Assembly (NCBI GenBank): GCA_026026165.1
Contig: JAPEUD010000097.1
Coordinates: 62,001 to 85,940 of the forward strand
Reading direction: 5' to 3'
DNA from: Sarea resinae
Taxonomy: Eukaryota
DNA length: 23,940 nt
Of the stretch, positions 19,529 through 23,940 are shown piece after piece. Position 1 is the stretch's first letter, and each line of letters begins with the position of its first letter. Below the pieces are notes generated by a model. It saw only the letters and a program-made list of their open reading frames with translations, was not told the DNA's origin and made no database searches. Both the position numbers and the translations under genes were made by a program.

Positions 19529-22500
19529 ATGGCTCCGGTGGATTCTTCCGTCCCGGACACGGAAAAGAGACTAAAGGTCGCTTTGTGTAAGTCGGTCGAG
19601 TCGAAGCGTTTGCGATATGAATCATGAGGCTCGGCGTGGCGCCTAATCTCCCGTTGCAGCTTTTGCCACGGGTCTTCCCAAACGACTACAATCTGACGCC
19701 TCTGATGCTTCTCTATCAGCTGACCTACAGAGACACATCACCGACTTTCCGACGAGATTCTCAGCTTCTTCACTTGTATTTGAAGACATCGATACGCGGG
19801 GCACTAATCTCTGGAATCTGGCGACAAGGCTCAATCGAGAAGATACTCAGAAAGCTAGAACCGCCGTCAGCCTTGGTTGGTAGATGCGAGCAACGTCCGA
19901 TGTCGAGAGATGTAGCTGACCCACAGCTGCCCGAATGTTTGCCTTATTGCTTCTAGATTGCGCCCAGCAGAGTCCTGGAGGAACAGTCCAGAGTATGACA
20001 GGCGGGCAATATTGGGTGCTACATTCTGCTGATCAGATATGTAGACTGCCTGAGGCTGTTGAAGGTCGCTATCAAGACAGCCAAGCATTGCCTTGGTATA
20101 GCTCATTCCGTCTCCTGGGCTGACCTCTCATTGACTTTGTCAAGATCACACACGTCTCGATCTTTGCGCCAAAGCATCGCAGAAAGCCACCAAATACGAG
20201 GATGAGATATCCCATGCTGATGGGTTCGCCATTGATGCGTCAATTCGAACTCGACTCTCGCACGAGCACTTTGTGCTCAGGCTTGCTCTGGTAAGCAGAC
20301 ACCAGTAATGGACCTGTTTGCCTAGGAATGACTTTCGATAGGCTTGGCGGCAGAATCGACTAGACCTCTTGGAGGACATGGTATCCAAAAATGGACCAGA
20401 CTTTAAAGACTGGGACCCCTCCTTGGCAGAAAGTTTAGCGGATCTGATGTTCGAGATTGGAAAGGACTTGTTGAAGAAAAAGCAATTTGCCCTTGCGGTC
20501 AAGTGGCTTGATAGGTCTTTTGATGTTCTGATGGGCCAGGAGCTCGAAAGATTGAGTGATCAGGCGGGAGAATTGAGAATCAGCATATTGTACAGCTCCG
20601 GTAACGTTGGCCTTTTGTCTGTAGACCTCTAGCTGGCAACTTACCGTATCTAGTGAAGGCTTTACTAGGAACGCAGCAAGAGGAAGGCAGAGCTAGAGCG
20701 CGTCATCTTGTTGATCTTTTGGAAATTGTACGATAATGTCAAGCATACTGCCTTTTGAAACTTCGGCTCAAGCAACATAGGATTTCGGCGAAAAGCTTGT
20801 TGTTCTCTTGCTGAGAATGGATATAATCTCCACTGCGCCAAAGTTTGATTCTTCGGAGTATTTTGGAGGTAGGCTATAGGCGTGAGAATAGGAGAACTGC
20901 TAATAGGTTTTAGTGCTGCAGAGGGTGATCCGGGTATTTGAGATCAATCCAACGAATATCAGGACGTACGAACACGTATACTACTGGACATTGGTGATTG
21001 AAGTTAACGACTCACTAGAGTCATGCATGACATACACAAGTTGAAGAATCATAGGTTAGGCACCCAAAAGACCGAAGGGGTGCTATGCTGACTATGTAGT
21101 CCGAATTTGGCCTGCAAGGCTGTGGACGAGCTACTGGAAACAAGACTGTACTCGATGGATACTGAAGAGTGGATTGAGAGAGCGTTCATAACCCGCTTAT
21201 GGATAATTGCTGATATTCCGGAGTCTGAAGACGTTCTTGATCAGCTGAGTCAAGTCTGCGACTCTCTTTCAATGAATTTGGTGAAGCCATTGAGCGCTTC
21301 TGCCACTCATGCTGCACAGATCGTTGGTCAGCCCAGCAATCTGCAATGCCAAATCTCAGGAGCTCAAGCTGACAATCGCAGTTGCTCTGGAAGCGAATCG
21401 AGTCGCTGGCGAGCCAACAGCAATATTTACATGCTCAAACTTGGTGCCGCTTGGCGCTGCATACACTCTTCCAGAACTCCGGAGATATGAATATGGCAAA
21501 GATATCAAGGTAATTCTTTGAGAGCAGGGTGACCTGAGGGCTAGAGCTGACGGTGTCGAGAAAATTAATCCTCTGCGCTCTTAGCCATCACGATCTTGCG
21601 TCTGCTCGGGAGGCTTATAGTCAGATGTCCCAGACGGCAAAAGATGCTCCAATGACCAAGTATCTGATGTATAAGGTTGCTATTAGGACTGGAGACACAG
21701 ATCTGGGTAACTAGGATCTCTGCTGTGGTGACGAAAAAGTGCTGATTGTGTATGATCAGCGGCGGAGTGCTTGAATGCAGTGTGTTGTAGCACGTCAAAG
21801 GATGCTACTTTGGTCTACGCATGTGTACTGGAAGCACAACGGCTGGGTAACAGAGCTCAGACTGTAGCAGCATTAGAAAAGGTGCTAGAGAAATACAACT
21901 ATGCGGCGCCGAAAGGGGTAAATCTACCGGCATTGCTACGGTATGTCTCGTCCTTCATCGAGACGCTCTCGCTGACACGGACGAGAGTATCGGCGCGTCT
22001 TTTGATGTCTGAGATTGCAGACAGTAAGGTCCCGGATCTTGAAGCGATTGGCAAGCTCTGCAAATTGTTCGAAGGAGGTAGGTTTCGATCCCTATCTGGT
22101 CAATCTCTCTGTAATGTCAGCCAGCTGCAGTACAAGCCAAATCGTCAAAGAGAGATAGAACGGCAACGGAGCAGATGTTCCCGGTCTCTGAGCTGGACTG
22201 GTTCTCTAAAAACAGCTACAATGTGTCGCTGAAGTACTGCACCGACTGGGATCCTCATATCATATTGCGTTTCCTTCAGGCTTGTATCAACGTATGGATC
22301 AGTCATCGCTTTTGCCTTTTGCTACTGCTTACCAGAAGGCAGTTCATCTGTCTTTATCCGGACGAGGTGGAAAAGGCCGTCTCTGAAGATCTCTCCTCAC
22401 GGCGCATGTTTTGTAATTTCCTGTCCACGTGTGTCTTGGTCGTCCTTGCGCGCTCCGAAGACGACATCGAGACCCAGGTAGATATCTCCTGCGAGAGAGA

Positions 22501-23454
22501 TGGGCCCTGCTAATCTTGACCAGCTACAACACTATCTCAGACTTCGCTCCCACGCGAGCGAGTTTCGGAGAGGATATTCAGAGCAGATCGAAAGAGCCGA
22601 ATTCGGTGGCAAAGACGATCTTGTGCAGAAGTATAGCTCGGTTCTTTCTTTTGATTTCGAAGCAGCTGTGCGGCTGAAAGCGTGGGATGATCTGGGATCG
22701 ATTGTTGAGGTTGGTGGGAATGATCAATATTGACATGAACATACTGACTCTGATACTAGGAATGCAGAGAGTGCGATCTGGGCGTGTTCGGGGTCCTGGC
22801 AGACGTGATGCTGTGCTCCCAGGCACCTACCCCCAGTAAGAATCCCGTGTCTCGAGGCTTTTTTTTTGCTGGCAACCTTCTCACGTCTCCAGCTCTCATC
22901 AGTATCCTCCAAGTACGTTCGAGACGCCTCCTTGACATTGATATCTTCCTCTCTAACGGCATCGCCAGCATATCATCACAGCAACGACGCAGACGCATCC
23001 GCACCAGAACCTGCCCCGCCTCGCGCGCTGGATCCGATGTCTCTTCCAACTAACCCTCCCCAGCGCCATCGCCATCGCCGAGCGCGCGCTCGACCAAGCC
23101 GTACTGCTCGCCCAGGACTCGCAGACGACGCGCCGCCTCAGCAATCAGCCGATGGGCCCCAGCGGCGCCGACGCCGACGCAGACGCAGAGAACGACAAGA
23201 TCTACCCGGCCACGGAGCTGGAGTGGTTGGCCTCCACGACGTTCAATCGCGCCATCGACTTTTTCTGCGCCGCCGACGACGAGGCGTGCCGGGCTTGGGC
23301 GGAGAAAGCGCTGGCTCTAGCTGCGGCGCTGCCTGAAGGCGATGGCAGAGGACAAGAAGGAGGAGGAGGAGGAAAGAGTCTGTACGAGATAATGCAGGAG
23401 AAATACATGGGCCTGCGCTGGAGCGAGGCCAGCGGGGCGGCGAGCACGGAATAG
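19529..23454 (+). CDS. SPO22: Meiosis protein SPO22/ZIP4 (TEX11 orthologue, TPR scaffold), 961 aa, 21 exons
   Basis: Introns 19587-19659, 19876-19926, 19993-20044, 20096-20144, 20291-20341, 20601-20653, 20728-20780, 20869-20913, 20966-21018, 21055-21099, 21323-21381, 21510-21560, 21707-21759, 21941-21985, 22078-22124, 22292-22342, 22478-22523, 22710-22759, 22836-22892, 22913-22968 give one open frame of 2886 nt. Motifs DTRGTNLWNLATRL, ESLADLMFEIGKDLL, ATHAAQILLWKRIE, ELDWFSKNSYN, LARWIRCLFQL, YPATELEWLASTTFNRAIDFF. Confidence 0.92.
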
Positions 23455-23842
23455 AATCGAATAGCCTAGAACGGGATCGAGCGTGTTGGAGCCAGGTCAA
23501 GCGGACACGAGGAGTACCGTAGCCAGTGTCGGCGTGTGTCTGTCTGATCGAGATGATTGACGAGCAAAGTGAAAAGTGAAAGTGGCTTATAGCTACCTTA
23601 GCTAGCTAGATACACAGAATCTATCGAGTGTGTTACTTGTCTTGTGCTATCGTGAAATCCCCTCTTGCTGTTTCTTCTCTCCTTGGTGATCTCTCCCCTC
23701 TCTCCTCTCCATCCTCTATCCTCTATCCTCTCTATCCTCTATCCTCATTTCAATCTAATCGAACCTTAGTAGAGGAACATTTTGGATTGCGATTTCGTTG
23801 CCGTTATCATCTGTTATCTGTCATCTAATACTATCCTACACC

Positions 23843-23879
23843 AACCCTTCTACAAAACCCTTCTATAAAACCCTTCTAC
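23843..23879. repeat. 13-bp tandem repeat (AACCCTTCTAYAA)~3
   Basis: AACCCTTCTACAA AACCCTTCTATAA AACCCTTCTAC. A CT-rich CTATCCT repeat tract lies just upstream at about 23690-23745. Confidence 0.8.
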
Positions 23880-23940
23880 GAATATCCAAGGGACCAGTAA
23901 ACAGGCAAACCTCTGTTCCCACGTGAGCCATCTCCCCCCC

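Noticed and set aside
23843..23879. AACCCT-containing repeat as a telomere or CRISPR-like array
   Set aside because: It has a 13-bp period with no spacers and is not tandem TTAGGG, so it is an ordinary minisatellite in a eukaryotic context.

Overview
Eukaryotic, intron-rich filamentous-ascomycete (Pezizomycotina-type) chromosomal DNA with short GT-AG introns and CTRAY branch points. I rebuilt ten protein-coding genes by hand with phase-consistent exon joins. In order: a small hydrophilic conserved-hypothetical protein (-), RFC5 (-), COX11 (-), an orphan with an atypically spaced six-cysteine motif (+), a low-complexity orphan with a GR tail (+), a TMEM135-like membrane protein (-), an Ino2/Yas-type bHLH factor (+), CENP-Q/Okp1 (+), AcuM/Rds2 (+) and an apparently intact 21-exon SPO22/ZIP4 (+). 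I see no tRNA, rRNA, transposon or CRISPR, and no clear new multi-gene system. The best leads are the two orphans at 4.7-8.2 kb, rare GAG/AAG splice acceptors concentrated in SPO22, a uORF plus UAS-INO-like E-box upstream of the bHLH gene, AT-hook-like motifs on CENP-Q, and abrupt GC3 shifts next to microsatellite-rich gene ends. Family calls come from recalled motifs, not database searches.
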